The position numbers and the translations under genes are program-made. From Eledone cirrhosa (Eukaryota): DNA of 64,000 nt. Below, piece by piece: positions 14,151-26,746 of the stretch. Numbering within the stretch: the stretch's first letter is position 1; each line of letters opens with the position of its first letter. The stretch covers positions 9,734,001-9,798,000 of the forward strand of contig OZ024753.1 of NCBI GenBank assembly GCA_964016885.1. Reading direction: 5' to 3'. A model generated the notes under the pieces. It saw nothing but the letters and a program-made list of their open reading frames with translations. It had not been told where the DNA came from and ran no database searches.

Positions 14151-14424
14151 GTGAAATCTGGTGTAGTGGACCTCACAAATGAAAAGTGTAGTGGAGGTGG
14201 TGAGTCAGGCTCTATTATGAGTTATGAATCAGAGTATGGTAAACAGTAGAATGCAAGGGTATAGTGTAGTTCAAGAAATAAGGTGTAGTGTACAATACAG
14301 GGGTGCACTACTGTGGATTGTTTGTTAAACAGGGTGTATAAAATAAATGTCACATAAATATCAACTCATGTGTATATACTATACACTCAATATAATACTG
14401 AATCTATATATACTGAGCCTCTTG

Positions 14425-14456
<32 letters not shown>

Positions 14457-14816
14457 TTACCATTGTGTGGTCAAAACCAAATTGGGGACATATAAATATG
14501 TGGGTGACACATCCAACTTATTTAAAAAAAGATGGTATGTGCACAGCCATTCATTCAAGAATCCCAGACTACGTAAATCAACTGCCCTAGCCAAAAAATC
14601 TAGGATTTAAAACTGGACGATATGGATAATGCACTTTCTTGGTCAGTGTTAAGATTTGCCCACCCATACCACAATGAAAGACGCTCCTGTAATCTTTGTG
14701 TGATGGAAGTGTTGGAAATTACAACTGGATCAGATCTATTGAACTCTTGACATGATAGAATCTTTAACTGCCAACATAAGGCATTAAAATCTTTTGCTAA
14801 ATATCACCCTGATTAA
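14457..14816 (+). pseudogene. Penelope-like element GIY-YIG endonuclease C-terminal relic
   Basis: YHCVVKTKLGTYKYVGDTSNLFKKRWYVHSHSF..KSTALAK, then frameshifted WSVLRFAHPY..CNLCVMEVLEI..LLN*..CQHK; matches the Penelope GIY-YIG pattern; contains stops and a frameshift. Confidence 0.75.
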
Positions 14817-15232
14817 CATAAGATTGGAACCTGTGTCTCTGTATCCACTCTACTTGAAATACTCACCCCTTACACCACACTTCTTCATGATAGCACCTGC
14901 TTGCCCTTTCTATTGAGATAAAACCTAATACTTTGCTCCCAATTTAATTTACAGCCTTTCAAAAATATCATCATTTCTGGTCACCCCAGCCTCATTTCTT
15001 TCTCTATTTTCTCTTCTTTTTCCTCCCCCCTTTTCCCCTTTCCCCAATATATGAATTACATAGGTTTTTTGACCAGCCTTAATCCTTCCTGTTTCTAAAC
15101 TCTCTCTACTTACAAACAATAGAATATGATGAGATATATCTTATTAAAGAAACTTGTTTCTGTATGTAAGTTGTTTGAACTATTAATTTAAGCTGGAAAT
15201 ACAGAAAAACTCTTGACTCAACCTTACATACC

Positions 15233-15590
15233 ATCATCATCATCATCATCATCATCGTTTAACGTCCCTGTTCCACGCTTGCATGGGTTTGGATGGGGGT
15301 TTTCCCACTTGAGGCAAGAATGGTTGCCATGCTCGCATAGGACTGTCTGGCGGGTTTTCTACAGCTGGATGCCCTTCCTAACACCAACCACATTTACAGT
15401 GTGGGGCTGGGAGGTTTTTACCGTGTTGCCTATATGTATATATACATACATTCATACATACATCATCATTCATCATTTCATTTTACGTCCGCTTTTTCCC
15501 TGCTTGCAAGGGTGGGACGGGAACTGATGCTGGCTTGATTTCTACAGCTGGATGCCCTTCCTAACACCAACCTCATTTACAGTGAGTGTG
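15233..15590 (-). mobile_element. RTE-type 3' tails (LINE 3' UTR or RTE-dependent SINE tail) ending in (ATG)n
   Basis: recurrent CATCATCAT..TTTACGTCCGCTTTTCCCTGCTTGCAAGGG..GGATGCCCTTCCTAACACCAAC; also at ~950, 4010, 16340, 17040, 19590-19900 (four tandem copies), 24140-24650 and 35560. Confidence 0.7.
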
Positions 15591-15784
15591 TATATATATA
15601 TATATATCATCATCATCACCATTTAACATGCCAACAAAAGAGCAAGAATGACATGGCTTAGCGATGCTGTTTGCATAATTGCAAACAAATCGAATATTAT
15701 TTTCAATATTTTGAAAAACTCAGATTACATTTATTGTATTCAACCATGTAGAGCGATAAAACTATTTGTTAGTTATTATTTAAA

Positions 15785-15978
15785 GGGCGGTGGATTGGCA
15801 GTATCGGTAGAGGGTCGGACGCCACGCTTTGACGCATAGAGTTACGGCCCTTGCCATTCTGAGTTCAAATCCCGCCGAGGTTAACTTTGCCTTTCATCCT
15901 TATGGGGTCGATAAAATAAAGTACCAGTAATACACTGGAATAATTGCTGGCCTTGTGCCAAAAGTAGAAACAATTATT
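15785..15978 (+). mobile_element. tRNA-derived SINE family A, full-length representative
   Basis: A box (TGGCAGTATCGGTAG), B box (GAGTTCAAATCCC), central TTCATCCTTAYGGGGTCGATAAAATAAAGTACC, ATT tail; other copies at ~8797-8960, 18996-19390 (three stacked), 22264-22453, 27950-28118, 29312-29620, 33836-34028, 42802-42987, 43320-43450, 51690-51752, 53005-53185 and 61591-61749. Confidence 0.85.
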
Positions 15979-17409
15979 TAACAAATAATGGATGTATATA
16001 AATCAAGACTCAGAATCTTTCAATCATATTGACAATTGTGTTTATTTGAGAATTTATGTTGGAACCTACACACACGTATGCACCAGTATATACCCAGATG
16101 ACTGTCTACTGAACTGGACACAAAAACCAACTGCCTACCCAGCTGCCAAAAGCAAAGAATTAGCAGTGATTTTTTCCCTTTGTTTTCTTACCTTTGTGTT
16201 TACCTGTCTGTTCACATAACTCCTAAATTAAACGCATGCATACATTCAATCATCCCCTCCTCCCAATATTATACCTATCCATTTAAATCTACAACAAATC
16301 CTGCTTGGGTAACGGTTAAACAAGGTACACACTTCCATTTCCTTTTACGTCCGCTTTTTCCTTGCTTGCAAGGGTGGGACGGGAACCGATTCTGGCCTGA
16401 TTTCTACAGCTGGATGCCCTTCCTAACACAAACCTCATTTACAGTGAGTGCTGGGTGCTTTTTTGCCGTGGCACCTCCACGACCACTTTGCTCTAACCAC
16501 TAAGCCATGTGCCTCCATGAACTTTAAAAATCAGACAAATCACACAAAAAAAAACACAGAGGAAAAAAATGTTTTCCCATTGAAATTGAGGTGGGTTGTT
16601 CTATAAATTTACTGAAAAATTTAACTGGGGAAACTGGGTCACTTTGCTGGTAGGTTACCAGTTGTGACATACCTTTGTCAGTCCTGCCGAAGTGTGTAAT
16701 TAATGTGCTTTCGACAAACACATGTACCTTTAACGTAGTTCTCAGGGAGATTCAGTGTGATGCAGCAGTATAGCAGTATATGTGCATGAATGTGTGTGAC
16801 AAGGCTGGTCCTTTGAATTAGTAGGTACAACTCGTTTTCACCAGCAGAGTGAACTAGAGCAACATGAAAGAGTATCTTGCTCAAGGACACAACACAACAA
16901 AACAAGATTTGAACTCACTTCTTCTTCGCCCACTTATTCCTAAGAGGGTCGTGGGGGTAGAGTCCTCAAACACTCTAACAGGTCAGAATCAACCAACTCC
17001 AACTGATCCGAGCTGGATCTCCAAGCAAGACCAGCCAAGCTCATCATCATCATCGTTTAACGTCCATCTTCCACGCTAGCATGGGTTTAGACGGGAATTG
17101 TCCCACGTGAGGCAAGATTGGTTGTCTTGCTCGTATAGGACTGTCTGGCGGGTTTTCTACGGCTGGATGCCCTTCCTAACACCAACCACGTTTACAGTGT
17201 GGACTGGGAGGTTTTTACCATGTAACCTACCAGGCCACATTACAGCGTGGACTGTGTGTTTTTTTGTCGTGACACCTACATGACCTCATTTATTTAGGAC
17301 TGGATGTTGTGGTACCAACATAACTTTACAGAGAAAGGGGTGGTGTAGATGGGGGTGGGGCTGGGGGTAGTGGGATGGGGGTGTATTTTTGGTTAGGAAG
17401 TGCCTACTG

Positions 17410-18030
17410 ACTGTAGGTTTCGCTTTGTACTTAGGCAAGGCGAGTCTTCTGTATTACTGTGTAGCGCCAAAGATCTCAGTGCAGTGACATTGTCTTGGAG
17501 AGATGTAAGTGTGTAAGGTCGGAATTTAACAAATCGTCCCAGGTTTTTCTGGGTCTGCCTACTCCGTAGCTTCCATCAATTTTGATCGCCCTGCACTTTT
17601 TTCTACAGCTGTCCTCTTTCATGCGCATCACGTGACCATACCAACATAGTCTTCTCTCAAGTAAACAGCATCTAATCCCTCTTATTCCTAAATTCTCACT
17701 TAGTTCATTTATGCTTTGCTGTTCACGTATATTACTATTACACATCAAACGGAGCATGCAAGCTTCATTCCTCTCCAGTCTGTGCAGATCCTCTGCACAC
17801 AATGCCCATGTCTCACTGACATGTAACATTGCTGTTCGTATGCAGGCATGGATGTTATCCAACTATCTTCCTTGGGGTCTACCCCAGGGTCTCCTGCTGG
17901 TTGGTTTCGCCCGTAAAATCTGTCCAGCGATTCTTTCCTGAGATATTCTAACCACATGCCCGAAGTATCGGAGTTGTGATCTCTCAATTCAGAGAAGTAG
18001 TGGCTCTACCTGGAGTGACTCTCTGATCTC
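17410..18030 (-). mobile_element. two abutting RTE-clade LINE ORF relics
   Basis: MLHVSETWAL..ERNEACMLR..RRLCWYGHVMRM..GRPRKTW, plus a second RTE family segment (ERSQLRYFGHVVR..GRPQGRW) related to 34260-35557. Confidence 0.85.
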
Positions 18031-18341
18031 TGAGTTACACACTTTATCAAGTAACGTTACTCCAAAGACACTTATGAAATTACAACTTACACTAACAACC
18101 CTGAAATTGCAACTTCCACCACATCATTCATCACAATGCAACAACAACAACAAAAAATAGAAAAACTACTACTACAACTACTATTACTACTACTACTACT
18201 ATAGTATTATATAAAACCATTTACCACAGGAATTTTCAGTTCTTCTTTACACATACTTCCATTTTAAAATGTTGTCTTTTTTTTCTCTTACTGATGCAAG
18301 CTTCCCTGAAACTAGAGAAAGAAATAAAATGGTAGACCTAC

Positions 18342-18462
18342 CCAACAGACACAGAGTATGCATCCCTTTCTCTCGGTTGGACGCTATTTTGTCATAAAAA
18401 CTATCCGGTTGCCACGTATCAGTCCAAAAACAGATTGATACAGTTTCTCCAAACTTGTAGAG
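18342..18462 (-). CDS. DPH5: DPH5 coding exon 5 (121 nt)
   Basis: tcag|CTC...TTGG|gtaggt; encodes [40 protein letters not shown]; phase 0->1. Confidence 0.97.
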
Positions 18463-20854
18463 CTGAAACAAAATACACAGGACATATTTAAACATTCAAT
18501 AACAATTCTGGTGGCCAAACCGGTTCAAAATTTCATCACATGTTGGAAAAAACTTGAAAGAAGTTAGAATTAGATGATATATGGTATGGCATGGTTCCGT
18601 AACTCCTGGAGGAGTCGTAGGGGCTGCTGTAGTGATATTTGGCATCTCTTGGGCACTTTTTAAACCTGGCAGAGCCCATTTCCTCTCCAGGCTTGAGTAC
18701 AGCAGATTTCATATTGGGTGTTCTAAATTAATTACATCAATGAATTATTTAGGCAGAGTGTGGCACTTAATCATTTAGGAATTAAATATCTTTTTTTTGT
18801 AATACGTAGACAAACAGCATCATGAGGACTTGGAACAAAGAAAATATAAATATCTAATGCTGCTGGCTGTTAGCTCATAGTTTGTTATAGTCATGGGTGT
18901 GTAACATTGCTGTATTTATCCCTGAAATAAAATGGAAGATATTACAACCATACGATGAGTTTAACCAGGCAAGATCACACGATTGATATTACAAATAATT
19001 GTTTCTACTTTTGGCACAAGGTCAGCAATTATCTCAGTGCATTACTGGTACTTTATTTTTTTTTATCAACCCCGTAAGGATGAAAGGCAAAGTTGACCTC
19101 GGCGGGATTTGAACTCAGAACATAAAGGGCCGTATTTGATATTACAAATAATTGTTTCTACTTTTGGCACAAGGCCAGCAATTATCTCAGTACATTACTG
19201 GTACTTTATTTTATCGACCCCGTAAGGATGAAAGGCAAAGTTGACCTCGGCGGGATTTGAACTCAGAATGGAAAGGGCCATAACTCTATGCGTCATACAA
19301 ATAATTGTTTCTACGTTTGGCACAAGGCCAGAAATTACCCAGAGCATTACTGGTACTTTATTTTATCGACCCCGTAAGGATGAAAAGCAAATAATGTTTG
19401 ATGTTTTGATGCTGTGGAAATGATCGATAAGATCCCAGATCTCGTTTGCTTAGTGAGTGGAGTGGAACTCTTCAAAATAGACCAAGGAAACAATGATTCC
19501 ATTGGTCTTTCCATTGCTGATATACAATCTACTAGTCGCAGTTCCTGGCAGAAGTTATATACTCAGCATTTTTTAGACAAAACTGATATCATCATCATCA
19601 TCATCATCATTTTATGTCCGCTTTTCCCTGCTTGCAAGGGTGGGACGGGAACCGATTCATTTCATTTCATTTCATTTCATTTTATGTCCGCTTTTTCCCT
19701 GCTTGCAAGGGTGGGACGGGAACTGATTCATTTCATTTCATTTCATTTCATTTTATGTCCGCTTTTTCCCTGCTTGCAAGGGTGGGACGGGAACTGATTC
19801 ATTTCATTTCATTTCATTTCATTTTATGTCCGCTTTTTCCCTGCTTGCAAGGGTGTAACGGGAACTGATTCTGGCTTGATTTCTACAGCTGGATGCCCTT
19901 CCTAACACCAACAGTGAGTGCTGGATGCTTTTTTGCCGTGGCACCTCCACGACCACTTTGCAGTGGAATGATATGGACCCGAGTCCCTATCATCTCATTT
20001 CTACAGCTGAGTAAACTGGAGCAATGTGAAATAAAGTGTCTTGTCCAAGGAAACAACACATCACCTGGTCTGAGAATTGAACTCACAACCTTTTGATTGC
20101 AAGGCCAATGCTCTAACCATTAAGCCATGTGCCTCCATATGATTCTGGCTTGATTTCTACAGCTGGATGCCCTTCCAGTGAGTGCTGAGTGCTGGATGCC
20201 CTTCCAGTGAGTGCTGAGTGTTGGATGCCCTTACAGTGAGTGCTGGGTGCTTTTTTGCCGTGGCACCTCCACGACAACTTTACAATAGAGTGATAGGGAC
20301 CCCAGTCCCTATCATCTCATTTCTACAGCTGAGTAAACTGGAGCAATGTGAAATAAAGTGTCTTGCTCAAGGAAACAACACATCACCCGGTCTGAGAATT
20401 GAACTCACAACCTTTCGATTGCAAGGCCAATGCTCTAACCACTAAACCATGTGCCTTCATGATATCTTTATATTAAATGCTTCCATCATTATTTTATTTT
20501 AGAAATTTTTTGATAAGAAATGTTCTAAATATCAGTTTACTAATTAATAAAAAAAACTTAGTTATTTTATTAAATTTCTCCAAATATTGGACGATTTTCA
20601 AAATGAATTGAAACACATAGGGTGTGTTTTTCACTAGAAATATGGCAATGTCTGGAAACAATTGACCAGATCCCAGACCTCATTTCTTTACTGAGTGGAG
20701 TAGAACTTGTTAAATCAGACCAAGGAAACAATGTTATTATCTACCGGTTGCAATTCCTATTGTGTTAATCATCATCATCGCTGTTTGACATCTATTTTCA
20801 ATGCTTGCACGATGGGTTGGATGGGTTGTTACATTATGAAATGAAACTAATCAG

Positions 20855-21480
20855 GTGACCACATCCGCCCATGTTTTTCGTGGTCTTCCTCTACTACGTC
20901 TTCCTTCAACTGGCATTTCTTGGCACTTCTTCACCCATCGGTCATCCTCCATGCACATCATAGTCTCCTCTCTCTCACACACAACAATTTATCCCTCTCA
21001 GATACACTTTCTCTCTCAACACATCCATGCTCGGCCGTTGACGCACATTGACATTGCCCATCCAACGGAGCATGCTTGCTTCATTTCTCTCCAGCCGTCG
21101 CATATCCTCTGCAGTTGCTGCACATGTCTCACTACCATGCAGCATCGCGCACCTCACACAGGCATCATATAACCGGCCTTTCGTACGCAGGCAGAAACCC
21201 TTCTTCGTCAGTAGAGGAAGCAGCTCCCTAAACGTCTTCCAACCCTTCCTTATTCTAGATACTATGGCCCCGGAACACCCCCTTCCCATGCTAATCTGAT
21301 CACCTAGGTACCGGAAGCTATCCACCAGTTCTATAGCACCCGCCTGCATTTGAAAAATGTGTCTATCAATGCAACTTCTACTGTCTAATTTCCCTGTACA
21401 TCTACTGCATAAGTATTTCTCCTACCTGTTAGTTTGCCTGCTATCCCACTACATCTCTTGGGTACCCAAGATTTGCATTG
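20855..21480 (-). mobile_element. RTE-clade LINE relic (RT C-terminal region)
   Basis: IELVDSFRYLGDQI..RIRKGWKTFREL..KGRLYDACVRCAMLHGSET..ERNEASMLRW. Confidence 0.85.
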
Positions 21481-22003
21481 CATACAATTTATACACATAT
21501 ATAAAGTCTAAAGTCTGTCTTAAGCCAGAAGGCTCATCAGGCTGGTGCTTATCTCAGTTTCCATGGCATTAAGCGACTGAGAGTACAAGACTTCCCCCCT
21601 GGACAGGATGCCAGTCCATCGCAGGGTTAAACCCCCAGCTATTGCTGGTACTCATTTACGGCTGAGTATACTGGAGCAACGTCAAATGAAGTGTTTTGCT
21701 CAAGAACACAACACACAACTCAGGAATCGAACCCACGACATTATGATTTTATGTCCAACCCTCTTACCACTAGGCTACATTCCTCCACACACACACATAT
21801 ATATATATATATATGTGTATATATATGCATATATGTATATACAGATGTGTTTTTGCAATAGGATTAATTTACCAGAACAATGCCAGGGATTTATAAATTT
21901 GCATGTATGAAGAGAGAGAAGGAGAGTGCGAGAGTGAGAAAGAGAGAAAGAGTGTGAGAGAGGGATAGGGGGGGGGGGGGGGTAGAGATCTTAGTCGACT
22001 TAC

Positions 22004-22112
22004 CTGCAGACCACAACAACCAACAGCATTCATAATGGAAGCATTATGAATGACCCGAGTTGGAATTCCTTCTTCTCTTGCCCTTAACATCAAATCAGCA
22101 TGGGTTGTCGCA
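22004..22112 (-). CDS. DPH5: DPH5 coding exon 4 (109 nt)
   Basis: tcag|T GCG...CAG|gtaagt; encodes [36 protein letters not shown]; phase 2->0. Confidence 0.97.
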
Positions 22113-22172
22113 CTGAGATAGAAACAACATCATTATCCCATTGTAATAAATAAAATACACTGTGTCACATCA

Positions 22173-22858
22173 TCTAATCTATAATAAAGTAAGGAGTGCG
22201 GGACTGCGTATGGTTTATAATTTTTTATCCCCTTAGTAAAATAAGTTGGATTACTTTGAATAAATAATTGTTTCTACTTTAGGCACAAGGCCAGCAATTA
22301 CCCAGTGCATTACTGGTACTTTATTTTATCGACCCCGTAAGGATGAAAGGCAAAGTCAACCTCGGCGGGATTTGAACTCAGATCGTAAAGGGACGTAACT
22401 ATGCTGGAAAGCATGGCGTCCGACCCTCTACCGATACTGCCAATCCACCGCCCTAAGAGCCAATAAATAATGAATGAATATTACATAATTTATCTCCTAA
22501 ATTTCGTGGCTGTTCATTAAATATATTTTATTACTTATTTAAAGATTCACTTCTTTAAAATTTTCAAATGTCAACACTTCTGGTTAGCGATCGTTTAAAT
22601 AAATATTCATATATTTCTGTCACTAATTTTCTCCTTATGCAGTTTATATATAATATCATCTTTTTTTAATGTATCATGGATTACGTTACTGATTACATCA
22701 GACAGTGTAACACAGTCTCTCTTCAATTTCTGTGTATATTGACAATTACGATTTTATTTGATGTATCATATCTATATGTATATATACTTGCGTATAATAT
22801 CAATATACACACTACACATGCTAGCAGAAAACCACCGAAAGGGTAGTTTTTCTGCTAG
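22173..22858 (+). mobile_element. Helitron-like element (different family) carrying a SINE insertion
   Basis: A^TCTAATCTATAATAAAG start; terminal hairpin CTAGCAGAAAA..TTTTCTGCTAG followed by T. Confidence 0.55.
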
Positions 22859-23149
22859 TCTCACTAATAAAGATATTCTTCCTCTGAAGTCATCTCTGTT
22901 TTGAAGGTGAAGAATCTATTTTGCTTCTTCTAATGGCTAGAATATATGTGGCTTGTCACACCTGTATAAACATCCACGCCACTGATGTTGTCCAAGGGGA
23001 AAGGCAATGGACAATATAGCTTGGCACCAGTGACGTCACAACATACTTTATATATATATACACTCTATACTCTATATATACACTATATATGATGTTGTCC
23101 AAAGGGAAAGGCAATGGCTGATACAGCTTGGCACCAGTGACATTGCAAC

Positions 23150-23750
23150 TCGTATATACACTATATATACACTGTATATACACTGTATATACACTATATA
23201 TACAGTATATATACACTGTATATACACTATATATACATTATATATACACTGTATATACACTATATATACATTATATATACACTATATATACACTGCATAT
23301 ACACTATATATACATTATATATACACTGTATATACACTATATATACAGTATATATACACTGTATATACACTATATATACATTATATATACACTATATATA
23401 CATTATATATACACTATATATACATTATATATACACTATATATACATTATATATACATTATATATACATTATATATACATTATATATACACTATATATAC
23501 ATTATATATACACTATATATACACTGTATATACACTATATATACATTATATATACATTATATATACATTATATATACATTATATATACATTATATATACA
23601 TTATATATACACTATATATATATTATATATAGTGTATATATGATGTCGTCCAAAGGAAAGGCTATGGCTGATACAGCTTGGAACCAGTCACATTGCAACT
23701 CATATATACACTGTATATACACTATATATACATTATATATACACTATATA
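23150..23750. repeat. 11-bp TATATATACA(C/T) minisatellite interleaved with SINE 3' pieces
   Basis: visible tandem repeat. Confidence 0.9.
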
Positions 23751-24736
23751 TGATGTCCAAGCTTGGCACCAGTGATGTTGCAACTCATTTCTACAGCTGA
23801 GTAAACTGGAGCAATGTGAAATAAAGTGTCTTGCTCAAGGACACAACACATCACCTGGTCTGAGAATTGAACTCACAACCTCCCGAATGCAAGCCCAACG
23901 TCCAAACTACTAAGCCATGCACCTTCACTAGTGAAGGCACACAGAGATATAGAGTGAGGGGTCAGACACAGATAAAGGGTTTTATATTTTTGGTAGGCAG
24001 TGAGTCAGATATGAATTATCTGGTCACACATGTACATATATATTCATCTATTCACACATATACATATACATATATATATATACATAGTCATCTGCTTCCA
24101 CATATACACACACACACACACATACATGTACATATAGTCATATCATCATCATCACTGTTTTATGTCCGTTCTTCCACGCTAGCATGGGTTAGACGGGTTG
24201 TCCTGTTGTGGGCATTGTCCGGTCGGCTGACCTTGTCTTGCTCATACGGGAACTGATTCTGGCTTGTTGTTTGGATGAAAGCGTCCATGTTTCACTTCCA
24301 TATAGCAAGAACATTCTTTCAAATTTATCATCATCATCATCATCATCATCTTCGTTTAACGTCCATCTTCCACGCTAGCATGGGTTAGACGGGAGTTGTC
24401 CCACTTGAGGCAAGGTTGGTCGGGTGACCGTGTCTCGCTCACATAGGACTATCTGGAAGGTTTTCTATGGCTGGATGCCCTTCCAAACACCAACCACATT
24501 TACAGTGTGGAACTGGGAACTTTTTACCGTGTTACCTACACGGCCACATTACAGCGTGGACTGTGTGTTCTTTGTGCCGTGACACCTACACGATCTCATT
24601 ATCTCATTTATTTGGACTGGATGTTGTGGTACCAACTTTACAGAGAGAGGGTGGTGTTGGTGGGAGTGGGAGGATAGGGTAGGGGTAGTGGATCGGGGTA
24701 TATATATTTATAATGTTGTGTAATATCTTTACTTAC

Positions 24737-24800
24737 CCGAAAGGATCTCCAACAACAAGGAATGCAATGTCTTCCGTATAAGCATTTTGGAATAAAGCAT
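24737..24800 (-). CDS. DPH5: DPH5 coding exon 3 (64 nt)
   Basis: tcag|AT...TTCGG|gtaagt; encodes DALFQNAYTEDIAFLVVGDPFG (SAM-binding LVVGDPFG motif); phase 1->2. Confidence 0.96.
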
Positions 24801-25396
24801 CTGAAAAATAAAATATCTCTCTCTAAATATATGTGTCACTCTACAACGTATGAAATCTAAAGTCTTTCCTGGGCCTGGGGGCTCCTCAGGCTGTTGCTTA
24901 TCTCAGTTCCCATGGCCTTAAGCGACTGAGAGTACAAGACATCCACCTGGACAGGATATCAGATATGGCCGGTTTAAATGTCAAAGGGTTAATTAGCAGT
25001 GGAGAAGGGATTGCTCTGAAAGCATAGTAGCTAGAATAAGGACATGCTGGAAAAAAGTTTAGGGAGATACTACCTCCATTGACAACTAGGAGATTTTTCT
25101 CTATGATAGAATGGCAGATTGTATGATTATCTGTGTGTCTTTGCACATATATGCTTCCATATCTGACAAGATGTCAAAAAAGAGTCGGGCCCCCGTCACC
25201 TTGATTGAACCCTGGAGCCCTCTTTCTCCCCACACCTGATACTGACTTTGACTCTTAAAACTATTTACACTCTGCACACTACAGCCGTAACACTGGAATA
25301 GAACACAAATTAAATAGACCTCGTAACAACATTGAGTGCTTTGAACAAGGCACTGCCAGTAGCTTTTGTTACACACCTTACCAACATATATATATA

Positions 25397-25679
25397 TAAC
25401 AGAGAGAGTGTGGTAAGATACCAGGTGGACCATAACCCACCAGAGTACTCAATACTTGGGGTAGTAGAGTGGGTAATATGAAAAAATTCAGGACCCCGAC
25501 GGCTGAGCTCCGGCCCTTTTGACAGCTTGATCCGAACAGTTCACATTTAGTTGTCGAAACGGCTGGAGCTCAGCCGTCGGGGTCCTGAATTTTTTCCTAT
25601 TACCCACTCTACTACCCCAAGTATTGAGTACTCTGGTGGGTTATGGTCCACCTGGTATCTTACCACACCCTCTCTGTTA
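25397..25679. mobile_element. fold-back MITE with ~130-bp near-perfect TIRs inserted in (TA)n; internally deleted copy at ~52634-52738
   Basis: TAACAGAGAGAGTGTGGTAAGATACCAGGTGG... mirrored by ...CCACCTGGTATCTTACCACACCCTCTCTGTTA; ~25-nt spacer. Confidence 0.85.
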
Positions 25680-26146
25680 TATATATATATGTATATATGA
25701 ATTATAAGAATCAAAGAACTGAGATTACATCGCTGCGCATTTCCAATATTTTAAATATTTTTAATGCTTGCACTATTTTTAATGCTTATATTATTTCTCC
25801 ACACACAGACTATAACAATCATATAAAGAATTTGTCACCAGATCAACCAACCTAACACTCTTGTTTACCTACTTAAGTGCTTCTACTACACGTAACTCTC
25901 TGCCACACTGTATAAACAAGACGCACATGCTTGCCACACATATAACCTTTGCACTATATAACCGCTTATTTTCATGTTGTATTTTAACCTGTATTTTTTA
26001 TTGTATCTTTTAATATGAATGTAATCTCTAAGTGTGTACTGCCACTCTAAATGCTGTAATGAATGTTGACCCACAATATTTGCATATGTATCTGTATGTC
26101 TCTTGGGTGAAAAGGAGGTCATATAAGTGTTCATTCATTAATAAAT

Positions 26147-26193
26147 TGCTCCGAAGAATCCAAACCTCGGTTTGGAGGAAACAGTTGTAAGCA
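26147..26193 (+). ncRNA. hammerhead motif with a core substitution (CCGAAGA), probably decayed, in DPH5 intron 2 (antisense to DPH5)
   Basis: TGCT-CCGAAGA-A-TCCAAACC TC GGTTTGGA-G-GAAAC AGTT GTA^-AGCA; stems I and II pair; U4->C in the catalytic core. Confidence 0.6.
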
Positions 26194-26388
26194 TAAAAAT
26201 GTTTTGAACAGTTCTTTGATTCTTATAATTCATATAACTGCTCTGTAAATCATCTGATGTTTTTACATTGAGCTACTTAACTTACTGGTAATATATTACT
26301 ACCTACCACTATTTAGGGTTTGTATAAAAATATATATAACTGCAAAAGGTTTTTGTATTTACATATCCATAAATAGTATAATTAATAC

Positions 26389-26436
<48 letters not shown>

Positions 26437-26565
26437 CACACATGAGTATATATGGTAAATTTTCCTCATTGTTAAGGTGGTGTTTGAAACATAACTTCAC
26501 TTAGGTTCTTCTTACAACTTCAAAAACAACAACAACAACAATAGTTAAACCCAATACTGACTTAC

Positions 26566-26626
26566 CGGAATATTCCTCCACAGATTCTCGATCAGCAAGA
26601 ATAATTTCTCGGCCATAGAATCTCTC
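26566..26626 (-). CDS. DPH5: DPH5 coding exon 2 (61 nt)
   Basis: ttag|GAG...TCCG|gtaagt; encodes ERFYGREIILADRESVEEYS (Dph5 ADRE.VE motif); phase 0->1 fits both neighbours. Confidence 0.95.
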
Positions 26627-26746
26627 CTAAGAAAACAATAAAACTGTACATGTTGATTTATGACAGCAACAGTAATGCAACTTCAGAATATATGTGGAAA
26701 GGGAGTGTGTTTTATTATATATAAAGAGAGAGTATTTTATTATATA

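Noticed and set aside
15120-15165. ATGATGAG..GAAAC downstream of the GIY-YIG relic
   Set aside because: Position fits a Penelope hammerhead, but the core and stems no longer pair convincingly
15785-15880. SINE heads resembling tRNA genes
   Set aside because: A and B boxes are present but there is no complete cloverleaf, and they run into a multi-copy SINE body
16088-16135. CAGATGA-stem-AAAAAC possible hammerhead
   Set aside because: Several core positions are wrong and no clear stem I or III is present
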